From positions 955,219 to 1,019,218 of the forward strand of contig JAQGDQ010000035.1 in assembly GCA_030141605.1 (NCBI GenBank): DNA of 64,000 nt. The letters are read 5' to 3'. This stretch comes from Tubiluchus corallicola. Its lineage: Eukaryota; Animalia; Priapulida. The notes under the pieces were generated by a model, which had not been told where the DNA came from, searched no databases, and saw only the letters and a program-made list of their open reading frames with translations. Shown in pieces: positions 1-12,961 of the stretch. The position numbers and the translations under genes were made by a program. Position 1 is the first letter of the stretch. Each line of letters begins with the position of its first letter.

Positions 1-3000
1 ATGCATCGCATGGCTGTGACACATATATTATTTTATTCGCCTATCGTACAGCATACAGTCAAGGTTAGTAACAAAATAAAATAACAGGAAATCACAATAT
101 GCAAGTATTTACAAACTCACATTACGAATACATATTTACAAATTATTCCCTGAAAAGGGTTAGTAAAATTTGCCACATTCCTCCGTTGTAAAACCAGCTA
201 TTGCGTATTCCTTAAAATGATAAAACCAGTAAAATTCACTTGTTAATTTCTCTAATTTGATTAGATGTTCTTTGACATATAAGGGTTTTTAACAATCGGA
301 TTTATAGTATTTGTACACAACACACTAGGAAAATAACCGTGAATAAACATGCTATTAAACAACATTGTTAAATGTGCAGCCAAGTTATGTGATCAATTAT
401 TTACATGGTCACAGTCTAAACCAAGCGTACCATCGCTTTTACCTCGTTTATTGTTTGGATACAGCTCTGGATACAGTTTTGTCTCAGTATAATAAAAACT
501 TGATTCAAGTCGTGTTTACTCTTCTGTTTGTATTCATTATAAATTCTGAGTATTTCATTGCTGTCAGTACTCACATTATTATACAAAGCTTTAAAGTCAT
601 TGGCAGAATCATTGGCGATATCAATGGGTGAAAGGCCTCCAGAAGAGAGCCTTTTCCCGCTCTAGCTTAACTTCGTCATTGCAAAAACAATGATTTATTA
701 AGTTGTTCTGCTTTTACATTTTCAGTTTTAGCAAGGCACATTCTACTTGCATTTAAACAAGAGTTAATAATGTTTTCACTATGTAAATGAATTGTAGTTT
801 TACAGTTACAAGTGTCAGAATCACCAGTGCAAATGCATGTTTAATTAAGTAGTTCAATTAAGTCAAGGTTATTGTCTAGATTTGGCAATAACTCTTTAAA
901 CTTCGTTTATTTGCTCGAGCACAAAGGATATACGTGGCCGATAGATAGGCTCCAGCGCCAAGGAGGCCTACCCAGATTTGTGTTTCAGATGCCAGTGCCG
1001 AGGACATTTTGCCAAAGGTTGCCGTAGCCCCAGGTTTTACACCCGAGAAGAGGGTCTAAGGAAGCCACGGGGAAACTACTAGGCTACCGGCAGGGGGTCT
1101 CCACAGCCGGAACCTATTGAATGGGGAGACAGGCGGCGATTGTGAAAGTTACGCAGCAGTATGGAGAAAATGTGTATCATGTGTGAATAAAACAGATCAG
1201 CCTATAGAAAGGCGCAAAAGGAAAAGGTGGGATAATTTAAATGGTTCCTATCAAGTTATTAGGGCGGCACACGTTGATTGGGACACTATGAGTGCGTTTC
1301 GAACCCATGGCTACACAGTTTGGGAAGAACAGTTGATTACACAACCCACCTGTGCTGCAGAGTTAAACGAGAAGCCCACCCGTAGGCTTATAATCGGAAA
1401 TGCTACATAACAATTAGAAATAATACTTTGAGGCCAGTGCTTTTCAAGAAAAATAATTCGTTGGGAACCGCGCAATTAATAAGCATTCTAGATGTATATA
1501 CATTAGCCATTGGCAGGTTATGCAGCAGATCAGCGAAATATGCAGCAAACCATGAGGCAGCGAAACAAGGATGCGTTAACGAGGTCCCGAAGAAATAGTT
1601 TACACCGCAGGCCCACAAGCAAGCAGGGCGTGATGCTTGAGCCAACAGCAGCAAGATACAAGAGCTATGAATTAAACTGCATAGCCAGCAGTCACCGCAA
1701 GCCATTAATTAAGCGAAACTGGTACACTGACCTTCAAGCAGCAAGTTGGGGATCACGGGTGAAATGTAATAGGCCTCATGATTGCCGCAGTGAAGTTGGT
1801 TTAAAATTAGAATATGATGGCAAAGGGGGTATGTTCGTTGAGTTAAAAGTCCCTAGCATGTCCTCGGCAGGCCTAATGAAAGAACACCGACATTGGCTCT
1901 ACCAAGATGGTGTATCTGGGGAAAAATCTGAAACTGACTTTAAATTAGATCATCTGTCGCTATATTGGAAAGCTAAGATGTAAATTTTCTTAAACAAATG
2001 GCATGGGTATTTGCTAATACGGATCTAGAGCTGGGAGAGACAGCAGTTGGCAGAAATGAGGATCAATACTGGATCAAACCACCCATAAGTTCCGGGCCAT
2101 ATCGTATCCCAAATAATTTAGAAAGAGAATTGAATCAAATAACTAGAGATTTACTGCCAGCAAAAAGTATGGTATCACCAAATAGTCCTTGCCCTCCCCA
2201 TGTTCATTAGTAAAAAGGCAGACGGTAAGAGCTACCGTTTGGTTATAGATAATCGGAAATTAAATAAGTGTGTGAAGTTCGCCGAGAAACTAGCCCAACA
2301 TTGCCGAATTTCACTGATAGGTTACAGGGAGCCAAATACTTTAGCTATCTTTATTTTCGACAAATTATAAGCAAGGTATTAGATGGAATAACAGATCAAT
2401 TTAGCATAGCATACCTAGATAAATTTGTGTGGGGAGAACCACAAGAGCAGGTCTTTAGAGAATTAAAAGCGGTCCTGTTAAACCCAGTGATGCTCACCTA
2501 TACAGATACAGAGAAACCATATCTTCTCTGCACTGACATATATAGTGAAAATAGTTTATATAGTGTGGGGTGCACTTATGCAGGAAATAAATGGGGTAGA
2601 GAGACCAGTGGAATTTTTCTCTCACCAATTAACGTCCACACTTGACGGCTTCCAAATTATATGCGATTATATACGGTATCCATAAGTTACCTCCTAATAT
2701 AGTGCGAATCAACGTCCTACTTTGGTACTTTCTAGCCGGCATGATGACAGTCCAGACCCTAGCTAGGGGAAGTGTGAATTTGCCAGGATATAGCACTTCA
2801 CTAGTGAACAGGCTAGACTGGTGAAAAGAAAACGGTCAAAGTTCATGGAGGGATAGCGAGATTCCCTATGGATCGGTTGCCTTTGGGCGTGAGCCCATTG
2901 GTCCCTGAAAGGGATAGGGATGATTTGTTATGCTGAATGACTGCAAGCAGGCTATCTTCGTGATTGCTATCGACTGGGTCACCGGCTGGTAATCTCACAA

Positions 3001-4127
3001 GTGTGAGATTGTTCAATATACAATCAGGCCTTGGATAGCCAAATTGTGAGCAGGTAAGCTCAGTCTCTGAAATCGGCTGAAGCTGAAAAGTTAAATCAGG
3101 AAATAGAGCACAGAGTCATGTGATGATGCTCTGTGTGGAAAAGTTTCCAGCCTTGGTACACCCTATACAGAAGCCTGAAGGATCTAGAGCGTATAAGAGC
3201 TTGCAGTATTTGCTTGAAAACAAACACTTAAAAAAATCCCAAGCTAGAGTGCTGGGCATTGCTTTTATCGCAGCAAAAAAGAAGAAAATAAAGGGCGAAT
3301 TAGACGCGAAGTTGTGCAACATATAGGGAAATGATGCTAGCACTGAAATAGCTGCCATTAGTGAGGCTAGTATGCAGAATAGAGCTCATAACTCAGCATC
3401 CCAGAGGGACAGCTGTCAGTCAGAGCAGTTGTACTAACTCACTGTCACAGATTCGTGAGGAAAGTAAAAGGGCATCGCTTCCTACGAGTTCCAAAGAAAG
3501 CAGAAAAATGGGATACAAGGCGCTATTAAGAAGAAATAAAATTAGAACTGCTGGAGAGCGCTCGGAAGAGATGTAACTGAGTAATGCGAGCGAGTTTAAA
3601 GAGGAGTTAGTAGACAAAAGGAAGTTTGCATTGTTACAAAGTCAAGATACTACGTAATACATGTAATCACTCCAAAGCAGCAGTCACAGGAGGCATACAG
3701 GTTAATGGAGGACTACGCTATAAATAGGGATGGATTGTCACCTGAACGTCACCAATCTTTGAAAGTAGCCGTCAGCTATTGCAGTGGGTGGACGTATTTT
3801 TTCAGCTCCGCAATTTAAGTAAAATTTATTCGTGTAAAAGTTCGTGAGCTTGATGAAACAAATAGCAGCGTGTTCGGTAATGTGTGCTGCATGCAGTGGT
3901 AGTGATGAGACTTTATAATCTCAAATTATTTTTGAGATATCAATAAAAAACGTATGATAACTATATAATTTCTTTGTAATACATTTCTATCTGCTAACTG
4001 GAAAACTTGTACGACAACGACACTCGAGTAATTTGTAATCGCTCTATTGTGCAAAACTTGAACCTTTTGTAGCAGTGCAGGTTAGTATACCTGCTGTGTG
4101 ATAGCTTGCATTGTGACTTAACAAGTC

Positions 4128-5141
4128 TTGTCAGGTAGGAAATCTTGTCAATCATGTAAGAAAAGTCAAAATCCTGTCAGCCTGCCGGAAAATGGTGATA
4201 TACTATGCGACCGTTGTGCAAGCCAGATAGAAAACTTCAGTATTACCTCTGTAACGTGGAAGAATCTAAACAACTGTATTAACTCATTAAGTAAAGAAAT
4301 AAAATCGATGAGGACTGAATTAAAGAAAATAAAAGGTAATAATACTGGTCTGTCAACTAATATTACAGAATTAAAAACTGAGATTATACAACTTAAGGTT
4401 GAAACACTAAGCATGCAACCAGACGAAGTCATTGATAAACTGAATGGTATAATAAATGCTCTGGACAAGAAAATGAACAATCCCAAGCCAACATACAGTG
4501 CAATGGTAGGCCTAAGTACTGGTTCAGCAAACAACACAATAGTAAAGAGCAATCATGTAGTCAGCACGAAAATGCCATACGATCCTAACCGCACTGTAAT
4601 AATAGATAACGTTAAAGATCCACACAGAGCTACTAACAGTGCCATTATAAAGAAAAATGTGTGTGAACACTTCCCTCGCACTAAGTTTGATTCAGCCTTT
4701 AGAACTGCGAAAGGCAAGATTCAAATACAGCTTTGCGATACCGAGACAGCAGATACAATAATAAGGAACAGGAAACCCTACCATCTCGGGACAAACACTA
4801 ACGCGAGAAAGCCAGTAAAACAACACCTGGGATTGTTAAGAGACTGCGACACTTCGCTAAGTGATGATGAATTACTGACCGATGTTAAATACATGTATCC
4901 AAAAGCTGAAATTGAAAGGTTTAAAAGGAAAAGTGGTAAAGTACTTCCTGTAGTAAAGGTTAAGTTTACATCGGAAGTAGACATAGACAATGCTGTGAAA
5001 AATGGTATACCAATAGGAAATATGATTTGTGGCGTCGAAGTGTTCAACGCTAAACAAAGTCCTCTACGATGCTATAACTGTCAGAAATTTCGACATGTAT
5101 CCCAGTGGTGTGACCAACCTGTTAAATGCGGGAAATGTTAA
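4128..5141 (+). CDS. LINE ORF1 (Cys-rich N-terminus, coiled coil, RRM-like region, CCHC knuckle)
   Basis: 337-aa open frame with N-terminal CxxC...CxxC, a heptad-rich segment and the C-terminal knuckle CYNCQKFRHVSQWC. It lies directly 5' of the endonuclease fragment. The start is non-ATG and the C-terminus is probably truncated by a deletion. Confidence 0.75.
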   Translation: MSGRKSCQSCKKSQNPVSLPENGDILCDRCASQIENFSITSVTWKNLNNCINSLSKEIKSMRTELKKIKGNNTGLSTNITELKTEIIQLKVETLSMQPDEVIDKLNGIINALDKKMNNPKPTYSAMVGLSTGSANNTIVKSNHVVSTKMPYDPNRTVIIDNVKDPHRATNSAIIKKNVCEHFPRTKFDSAFRTAKGKIQIQLCDTETADTIIRNRKPYHLGTNTNARKPVKQHLGLLRDCDTSLSDDELLTDVKYMYPKAEIERFKRKSGKVLPVVKVKFTSEVDIDNAVKNGIPIGNMICGVEVFNAKQSPLRCYNCQKFRHVSQWCDQPVKCGKC

Positions 5142-7067
5142 TCGTGAATTTGACGTATGTGGCTTTTCTGAGACTTGGCTAACAAATGAAAATTCTATGC
5201 TATACGAAATTCCAGGCTATAATCACGTTAGTCAAACTAGAGATACTGGGCAGCGTGGTGGTGGGGTATCTATTTACATAAAGGACCACCTAGGTTTTGA
5301 TATTAGAAATGATTTAAATTGCAACGAGCCAATGTGTCAGATAATGTTTGTCGAAATTAAAAGTCCGACTATGAGTCGTAAAAATGTGCTAGTGGGCATT
5401 ATATACAGGCCTCCTGGTTATGGTGTAAATATAGAAAATTTTATTGAAAAGCTAAACTGTATTTTAGAAGTAATAAGACATGAGACATAAGACATGTTTC
5501 ATTCTAGGAGACTTCAACATGGATTTATTAAAATTTAATGAACATACTCCAACGCATGAATTTTTGGAAACTCTATATTCTTCTGGGTACTTCCCTTTGA
5601 TAAACAAACCAACTTATTATCACGAATGACTTTAGCTGTCTTAGTCTAGAGGAAAGTAATAGTGGGAAAGTAATATAAAAAGTAATATCTTTTTTGACAG
5701 GTGTCGTACCTAAAGAACTAAAAATAGCTAAAGGAACACAAATTTATAAAAACCAAGACCGTAACCTATTTGTTAACTACCGACCACTTTCAGTTTTGCC
5801 AATGCTGTCTAAGATCATTGAGAAGCTAATGTACTGACGCTTGATAAACTTCATAAATAAACATAACGTATTGTATGAATATCAATCTGGCTTCCGCGAA
5901 AATCGTTCTACTGCTTGTGCACTTTTAACTCCGACGAATAAAATTATTAATGGAATTGAAAATAATGAATATACATTAGGACTTTTCATAGATCTTACGA
6001 AGGCATTTGACACTGTCGACCACGAAATTTTGCTAGAAAAGTTGACTTTTTATGGGATTAGAGGAAAATGCTACAAATGGCTTGAAAGTTATTTAACTGA
6101 TAGAAAACAATTTGTTTACTATAATAACTGCGCTTCTGAAAAACTAGACGTTGTATGTGGTGTCCCACAGGGCTCCATTTTGGGACCACTATTGTTTTTA
6201 ATGTACATCAATGATTTAGCAACTGTTTCAAAAAATTATTTACGGTAATATTTGCCAATGACACTAGTTTCATCATATCTGATAAAAATGTTTATTCTCT
6301 ATGTGAAATTGTTAATCAGGAACTAATGTTACTATCGAATTGGTTTAAGGCCAATAAATTAATTTTAAATGTACAGAAGACTAATTTTATAATTTTTGCT
6401 GCAAAAAAGAAACGGTGTCTTAGAGAGAACTGTCAGATTAGATCAGTCATGTTAAAGAAGTTAAATTTTTAGCTATTATTTTGGATGAGATTTTATCATG
6501 GAAAAAACATATCAACCACATTTGCTCAAAACTTAGTAAAGTAATTGGAATTTTCAAAAAATGTTATAAAATTTTAGGTTTACCTACTTATAAACAGCTG
6601 TATTATACGTTTGCACATCCTTACTTTGATTATTGCAGTATAGTATGGGGTAATACGTATGCAGATACCTTAGAAAGATTATTAAAAGTTCAAAAAAACT
6701 CATCCGTCTAATGACGGACTCGCATTATAGAGCTCATACCGACAATCTCTTTAAAAATTTGAAAATACTGACAATGCCCAAGGTAGTCGATATGCAAACT
6801 AAACTGTTCATGTACAAATATGTTAATAATCTTTCGCTTAATATGTATCACCATTTTTTCAGTTATAATAGCAGTATGTATTCATATCAAACGTGGCAAT
6901 ACCACAAATTCCATATTCCTAAGTGCAGAACAAACGTTAAGAAACATTCTGTCATGTATAATGGTGCTGTAATGTGGAATAATTTGCCCAGTAAAATAAA
7001 ACAAGCCACTAATATAAATAAATTTGAGACTTTTAAAAAAATATTTACTAGAAAATATGTAATTTGA
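5140..7067 (+). pseudogene. LINE ORF2 (APE endonuclease-RT), disrupted
   Basis: ORF fragments 5029-5490, 5841-6248, 6481-6711 and 6711-7067 carry ordered APE/RT motifs. The catalytic FADD reads FAND (~6252-6263). Frameshifts, stops and an internal deletion near 5620-5690. Confidence 0.85.
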
Positions 7068-10036
7068 TAAATGATGTAAGATGTAAATTTTTACCATATT
7101 TATACAATCTTATTGTACTAATCAAGTTTTAATCTTTTTATCGGCACTTTTAATTTATTTGCACCTACTTGTGTGTTTATATTGTACTAACCATATACTA
7201 TGTATTTTCTACTTTTAGCATTAATTTTACTTTCTGTACATTGTCAATATGTTTTACAATGTTTTTAATGGACATATAGGTCTCTTGACTTCAGTTCATA
7301 GATGTATTATAAATAAATAAAGTGTAAAGTAAAAGTCGAAATGCTGTAAAATTTCCTATGCATCATGCACCAATTCCAATAGTACCGTACCAGACTGTGG
7401 GAACACTGCCCACAGTCTCATTTACAGACCTGGCTAAGAAATGGGTGGATGCCGTGGGCATCCTGGACAAAAAGGCTGAAACTGTTATTGATGATTTATT
7501 TAATGAAATAATATGTAGGTACAGAAGTCCAATTAAAATTATTGAGTAATAATGATAAGTCATTTGCAAATGAAATGTCTAAGTGGCTCACTGATCATTA
7601 TGGAATTTAGCATATCACCATCACCCCATTTAATCCGCCTGGCAACTCTATTAAGGAACGCCAACATGGAACCTTGATGAGACTCTTGAGGAAATTAACA
7701 GAAAAGGATCCTCTGAACTGGGTAAGCACATCCCACGAACTTTGGCAGCTTACAGGACGGCCTTGTATAGTGCTACCATTTACTCACCATACTATTTATT
7801 GTTTGCTCATGCAGCAAGATGAGTAGTAGAGAACCGTCATGCAGAACCAGAGAAATATATGGGAGAAGATTATTTCCAGAATTGTTTGCAGACAATGCAT
7901 CAAGCAAGAGGAGAACAGAACAAGTCCGAGTCAAATGCAAAGAATTATGCAAAAGAAAGGCTAGGACGCGGCACTCTAAAAGTGGAGATATAGTGTTCTA
8001 CTATAATCAGGCTATTAAGTGAACTGTCAGAATTAAGAGCGAAGTCAAGGCGCACAGAAAGTGAAGCGGCACCTGGTGAGCAGTCAGATGTAAGTTCTAT
8101 GCCTGGGTCGGAAAATGAATACGATGCGCCCCCCCAAATAGAAAAAGTAATAAAAACTTCAGCAGTAGCAAGCACACAGGCACCTGAGTCTGCAGATTGG
8201 CACAGCGCCTTGTGGCGTTGGTTGCACAAATGAAATGTTTAGCTGTATGGAAAACGAGTATCCTCATTACTATGAACAGGGAAGACCAAAAGAAGCGTTA
8301 AGATAACTTAGTAAAGAAAATTAAATAAGAAACTTAACCGGTATACGAAATTAATATTGTAAAGTGTAATGCCAGTAAGGGACTAGTGACATCTAGTGCC
8401 CAGTTCCCTGTTTAAAGAAAATATATTTTGGAAAAGCGGTCAAGCGAGGTCAGTGAGTTAGGTGGTCAGCTAGCTTACTTGCCTTGGGGCAGATGGCGTC
8501 ATGGAGTGTATTCGACCTCTGGTATGGGACGCTGTGTCATGTTGTAGTCACAAAAGTGAGTTGTTGCAGCTTGATAAATGGTATAACATGCTATGAGAGA
8601 ATTAAGGTTCTTGGTGAAAACATGCTCTATAGAAAAAAATAACTTAATCGTAGCTTAATCAGCAGGAAACAAACTATAAAGGGGATTATAGTAATATCGA
8701 AGCGTGTCTGAGAGAAAAAAAGGAAAATGTATAGGACAATAGCCCTTTTTTGGGAAAAGAATAAAATGCAAAAAATGACTTAAAGCAGGTGGAAGTGAAA
8801 AAGTAACTGCAGGGTGGCTAGATAACCTGGATAAGAATAAGTCGGGTGTTATGTAAATTCAATGTGAAGTTGTATAATTCAGTAACGTTAGAAGTGAACT
8901 CAGTACTTTTTTTTGAGTAAAGAAATTTCTCTGACAACTCAAGTTATAATAGACAAATAAATTAATAAATAAATGTAAATGTAAACTATGAGATGAATTC
9001 TGTATTAATTAGAAGTTTGGCCTATATTGATCTGTACTTCCGAGACAGGTGTGTTTGTGTAAATTGGCAGAAGGTAATTCGAAGCTCATTAGAAGTGTCC
9101 ACAAGCAATGACGAGGATGGTACTTGGTCAGTTAGATGATTAACAAGCGTTGCGCTATTGTTCATAATTGAGGGAACTGTTATTAGAGCTCGGACATGTG
9201 AATTGGGCTGTCACCTGGCCGTCGGCTGATCTAGAATGATGGCTGAAGGTCGGGCTATGGATTTTGGAACAGTGACTCTGTCCGAGAAACAGTAAAGAGT
9301 AACAGAGTGCTCAGAGTGGAGACGCCCGGATGATTGGGGTAACTAAGCGCTCAGAAGTCAGAATGCTCAGATAGCCAGCCATGAGGTGTATCGTGTCACA
9401 TTACCAAGAGGTTTGATAAAGGGAGGTACGGCGAGAGTCCGGGCTTTTGGTCAATGTTGGAAAGGTGACAAGGTGTGAACTTTCAGTCAAAAACTCTGAA
9501 GCTAGGAGCTATCTTTCTGAAGCACAGAACATCCCATGTTAGGAACAGGACTGGGGCCACTTATTGGGACTCGAAGAATGGCCATCCCAGAGTTGAGTGA
9601 TTTTACATATCATATTTCTTGCTAATATGAATGCACTTGTTGTACGTTGTTGTTAAAGGAACAGTTGTCACTACATTTATCGTAGTCTTGATATCGAAAT
9701 CAGTTCTACAGTTACATTGTTAATGCGAAACTCTCTTGTTCGTTTATTGTCTCATCTTTTTAATGAAGCGTTTACAGTAATTTTGCAATTGAGAATCAGT
9801 TAAAAGTTATTGCAAATCTGTAAGAACTCGAATCTTACACGGAACATTCTCATACTGAAACCGCTTATTGCGGGGCCAAACTAGTAAATTAGGGAGATAA
9901 AAATTTAAACCACAACGCGTATTTCGTGGCTTGAGGTCGCTTTGGTATTTGTCATAGCCATTCCGAGCCAGCCGAAGCTCTCGTAGTCGGGAAATTATTT
10001 TATCAATTAATTGCTTAATTAGCAAGCTGTACTACC

Positions 10037-10038
<2 letters not shown>

Positions 10039-10072
<34 letters not shown>

Positions 10073-10124
10073 CGCGCGCGCGTGCGTGCGGGCGGGCGTG
10101 CGGGCGGGCGGGCGTGCGTGTGTG
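10039..10124. repeat. (TG)n / (CG)n / (GCGG, GCGT)n compound microsatellite
   Basis: Read directly from the sequence. Confidence 0.95.
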
Positions 10125-10451
10125 AACAGACAAGAATTTTCACATCGCATCTGAAACAAAGCTTGAGAAAAGCGTCTAAATTCAAAAAGCCAAATTCGGT
10201 AGGTCAGCCAGCCGGCCAAATGCAACAGTCGGTGGACAATGGAGACACAAACAAGTCTCCGTCTGAACAAGTGGAGCAGTTTGCTAGGAAAATCGTAGCG
10301 GAACTGTCACTGTTTCGACAACACCGAGGTCCTAGCACGGCGGTGGGCGGTAGTGAATCGAGTCACAAAAGTCATTTCAACACCATAAGTTAAACTATAA
10401 GTACATTGGGCTGAAATACAAGCATTAAACGGTATATCTAACAGGTTACAA

Positions 10452-10452
<1 letters not shown>

Positions 10453-10528
<76 letters not shown>

Positions 10529-10529
10529 T
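10453..10529. repeat. (TG)n(GCGT)n compound microsatellite
   Basis: Read directly from the sequence. Confidence 0.95.
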
Positions 10530-10687
10530 ATGTATAAAACATCTGCAACGACGGCACATTCTCGGCGATTTACATATCAACAAAAAGTCTCGTAATGTCG
10601 TCACATTGGGGGTTTATTTTTCGAATTGTGCCCCAGCAAAATAAAATCGGGGCGAAAAAAGTAATTAATATTTTTGCTATTTGATAG

Positions 10688-10841
10688 GTTAGATGCAAAG
10701 CAGCGGCGATACTTATGCATTATTTCTATTTGGTTGTATTCTGTGCGATGCTGTCTACTGGTTTTCACCTTTATACCTACGTTAAACGTATGGTGCAACA
10801 ATCCAAAAGAAAAATCTGGTACTTAGTTGGTGCATCATGGG
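10688..10841 (+). CDS. Adhesion/secretin-class GPCR exon: TM3-ICL2-start of TM4
   Basis: ttgatAG|...|GTAAGT. Translates VRCKAAAILMHYFYLVVFCAMLSTGFHLYTYVKRMVQQSKRKIWYLVGASW-G, matching the 7tm_2 pattern C......HY..L..F..M...G..LY...WG. 154 nt, phase 0 to 1. Confidence 0.92.
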
Positions 10842-10904
10842 GTAAGTTGTCACGAAATTTGGTAAATGTAAGCCTATTTTTCAATGCCCACAGTTACTTT
10901 ATTA

Positions 10905-11650
10905 CGGTGTGCGCTAAAAATGGTACAGGAAAAAATGGCACAGGTAAATACGGCACAAACGGAAACGTAGGTAAAAACGGTACATATGTTATTTTGGTGC
11001 AGTTGATTTCTATAATAAAACTATAAAGCACTCAGTAGGAAGCAGATCACCTACCAAAGCCGAACAATCCTAAACTTATTCGTCCGATTCTTTTGATTCA
11101 AAGAAATTAATACAAAGATAAACAAGCAAACATACAAAAATGTACATGTATTGGTATTATAGAGACTAGCAAAAGACTCACAAAATATCTGTTCGTTGAA
11201 TGGGTTTATAATCGATAACGCACGAATGTTCCACATGGTATTTATCTACCTTTTTCACCATTAATTTTGACGATGGTAATGGACTAAGATATACATACTG
11301 GACTAAATATACATACTGAGTCACCTTATTGGGCTATACACATTAATAGGCAAGTTATAGAAAGCCCTATACAGTTTTACGAGCGAGATTTTCTCGAAAT
11401 GAAACCTGGAACTAACTCGTAGTTGCACATCCTGGTGGAGACAATAAAAAAGAAGTACTAAACACTCCCTCTGAGATCTCCATGAAGTGCTTCAGCAACG
11501 TTTTCTGTACGTGGTGCTCGATCAAGTTTCGTGAAAAAAGAACCAGTGAAAAGATTCCCACTTTGGCAATCTATACGTACCTTTCTTCACAAAGTTTCCT
11601 GGAAATCTGTTAGACGGTTTTTGCATAATAGGCTTACTGCCAAAAACTAC
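10905..11650 (-). mobile_element. Mutator/MULE-like DNA transposon remnant
   Basis: Subterminal repeats of type GGTAAAAATGGCACA at 10915-10985. The minus strand near 11480-11525 reads DRAPRTENVAEALH, resembling the MULE transposase RTNN..E..H motif. Second end not found. Confidence 0.5.
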
Positions 11651-12004
11651 CGTTTTTTATTATAATTATAAATATTTTACTCCATGTGCAGAATATGTTT
11701 GCAGTCGTGAAATTACAATTACATTGACATTATATAACAGCCGTACTGCAAAATAGCATATATTTTACAAAATTTTAAATTTAACACCAGAAGACTAAGA
11801 CTTGATAAAAGACTTTAAATTTTAACATTCGCAGTTGTGAACTTTACACTTTGCTTCCCTTGTCGATATATATATATATATATATATATAAGCTTGACTT
11901 AAATATCATAAACTGTAACAATAACTGATCAAGTTTGAAAATTTAGTTTAAAAGTATGGTTCAAGTAAACAAGAATGTTTATTACCTACATTACTATAAT
12001 CTAC

Positions 12005-12095
12005 TATCCATATATATATATAGATATATATATATATCGATAAATAAATATATATATATTTATATTTATATATTTATTTATTTACTTATTTACCG

Positions 12096-12145
<50 letters not shown>

Positions 12146-12150
12146 ATAAT
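12005..12150. repeat. (TA)n / (TAT)n low-complexity tract
   Basis: Read directly from the sequence; another (TA)n lies at ~11866-11890. Confidence 0.9.
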
Positions 12151-12235
12151 CGCGAGTCACCGGCAGATTATTCATCAAATTCCCTCAATACATTGATTCA
12201 TAAAATACGTTGAAAAACATATAAATATATTTCAG

Positions 12236-12375
12236 GTTTGCCCGCAATTATTGTCTCAATTTGCTTAGCAGCCACCCAAACAGAAGGTTATGGAACTAGC
12301 GGTAATGTCTGCTGGCTCGCGGCTGATAACTATTTAATACTTGCCTTTGTTATTCCTGTTGGACTAGTAGTTGTG
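12236..12375 (+). CDS. GPCR exon: TM4-ECL2-TM5
   Basis: tttCAG|...|GTAAGT. Translates (G)LPAIIVSICLAATQTEGYGTSGNVCWLAADNYLILAFVIPVGLVVV, with the hallmark WG.P, YG, CWL and F..P motifs. 140 nt, phase 1 to 0. Confidence 0.95.
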
Positions 12376-12961
12376 GTAAGTATATTACTATAATATTACA
12401 TTCTACGTTGTATACTGAAAGTAGGCCTTCTCATTAGTTTGGGTGACTGTTTGTTCACTCTAAATATTTATGAAAATTTATCAAATAAATTTCAGCTAAT
12501 TTTTCTTATGCATATCTACTGTGTCGTTCTTATTTAGTTTAGTTCATTCCCAAAACGCCATGATCGGAGTACATTGTTACATAGCTCACAATATAGGCAA
12601 TTACTGCAACAAACAAAACAAAATTCGTTTCACAAGATGTTCGAATACCAGCTCAAGCCAAGAAGATGAACGCGTACAAGCCTAAGCAGAAAGGCAAAAT
12701 GGAAGGAAAAGATGTATAAAGTACGAAATAAAACAAACCAGGAAAGCGAAATACCAGGGTGATACAGAGGGTAAGGAAATGGCAGTGAAAAGTGAATATG
12801 ATGAAAATAAAGATTAGAGTCACATGAGAATGTAAAGGAGAAACAGATCAATCAGCTGAGCGATTGCAAATATTAGTATGGAGTCATGCCAAAGACAACT
12901 TCTTGTCAATTCATGAATGTGGACGTCTTATTTTGTAATAGGTCTATCTACACCATTTCAA

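Larger units (their letters stand above)
3770..7336 (+). mobile_element. CR1/L2-group LINE inserted into the Gypsy pol region
   Basis: ORF1 (4128-5141) followed by ORF2 fragments: APE endonuclease (GFSETW, IYRPP, GDFN), RT (YRPLSVL, QSGFR, DLTKAFDTVDH, GVPQGSILGPLLF) and C-terminal G..MWN.LP. AT-rich 3' UTR ends in AATAAATAAAAGTGTAAAGTAAAAGT, after which Gypsy sequence resumes. Confidence 0.9.
600..9600 (+). mobile_element. Degenerate Ty3/Gypsy LTR retrotransposon, split by a nested LINE
   Basis: Broken pol motifs in Gypsy order. RT start (PPISSGPYRIP ~2080; VKKADGKSYRLVIDNRKLNK ~2210), RT-RNaseH (FVWGEPQEQVFRELK...PYLLCTD ~2420-2540; YAIIYGIHKL), and integrase core after the LINE (KWVDAVGILDKKAETV...IICRYRSP; TPFNPPGNSIKERQHGTL, ~7440-7700). 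Many stops and deletions. LTRs not identified, so ends are approximate. Confidence 0.8.

Noticed and set aside
365-631. Hydrophobic 88-aa ORF as a possible upstream TM1/TM2 exon
   Set aside because: No 7tm_2 TM1/TM2 motif or convincing splice pair; it more resembles LTR or leader sequence.
10842-11026. Extension of ORF 10715-11026 (KNGTGKNGTG repeats)
   Set aside because: It reads through the GTAAGT donor into transposon subterminal repeats.
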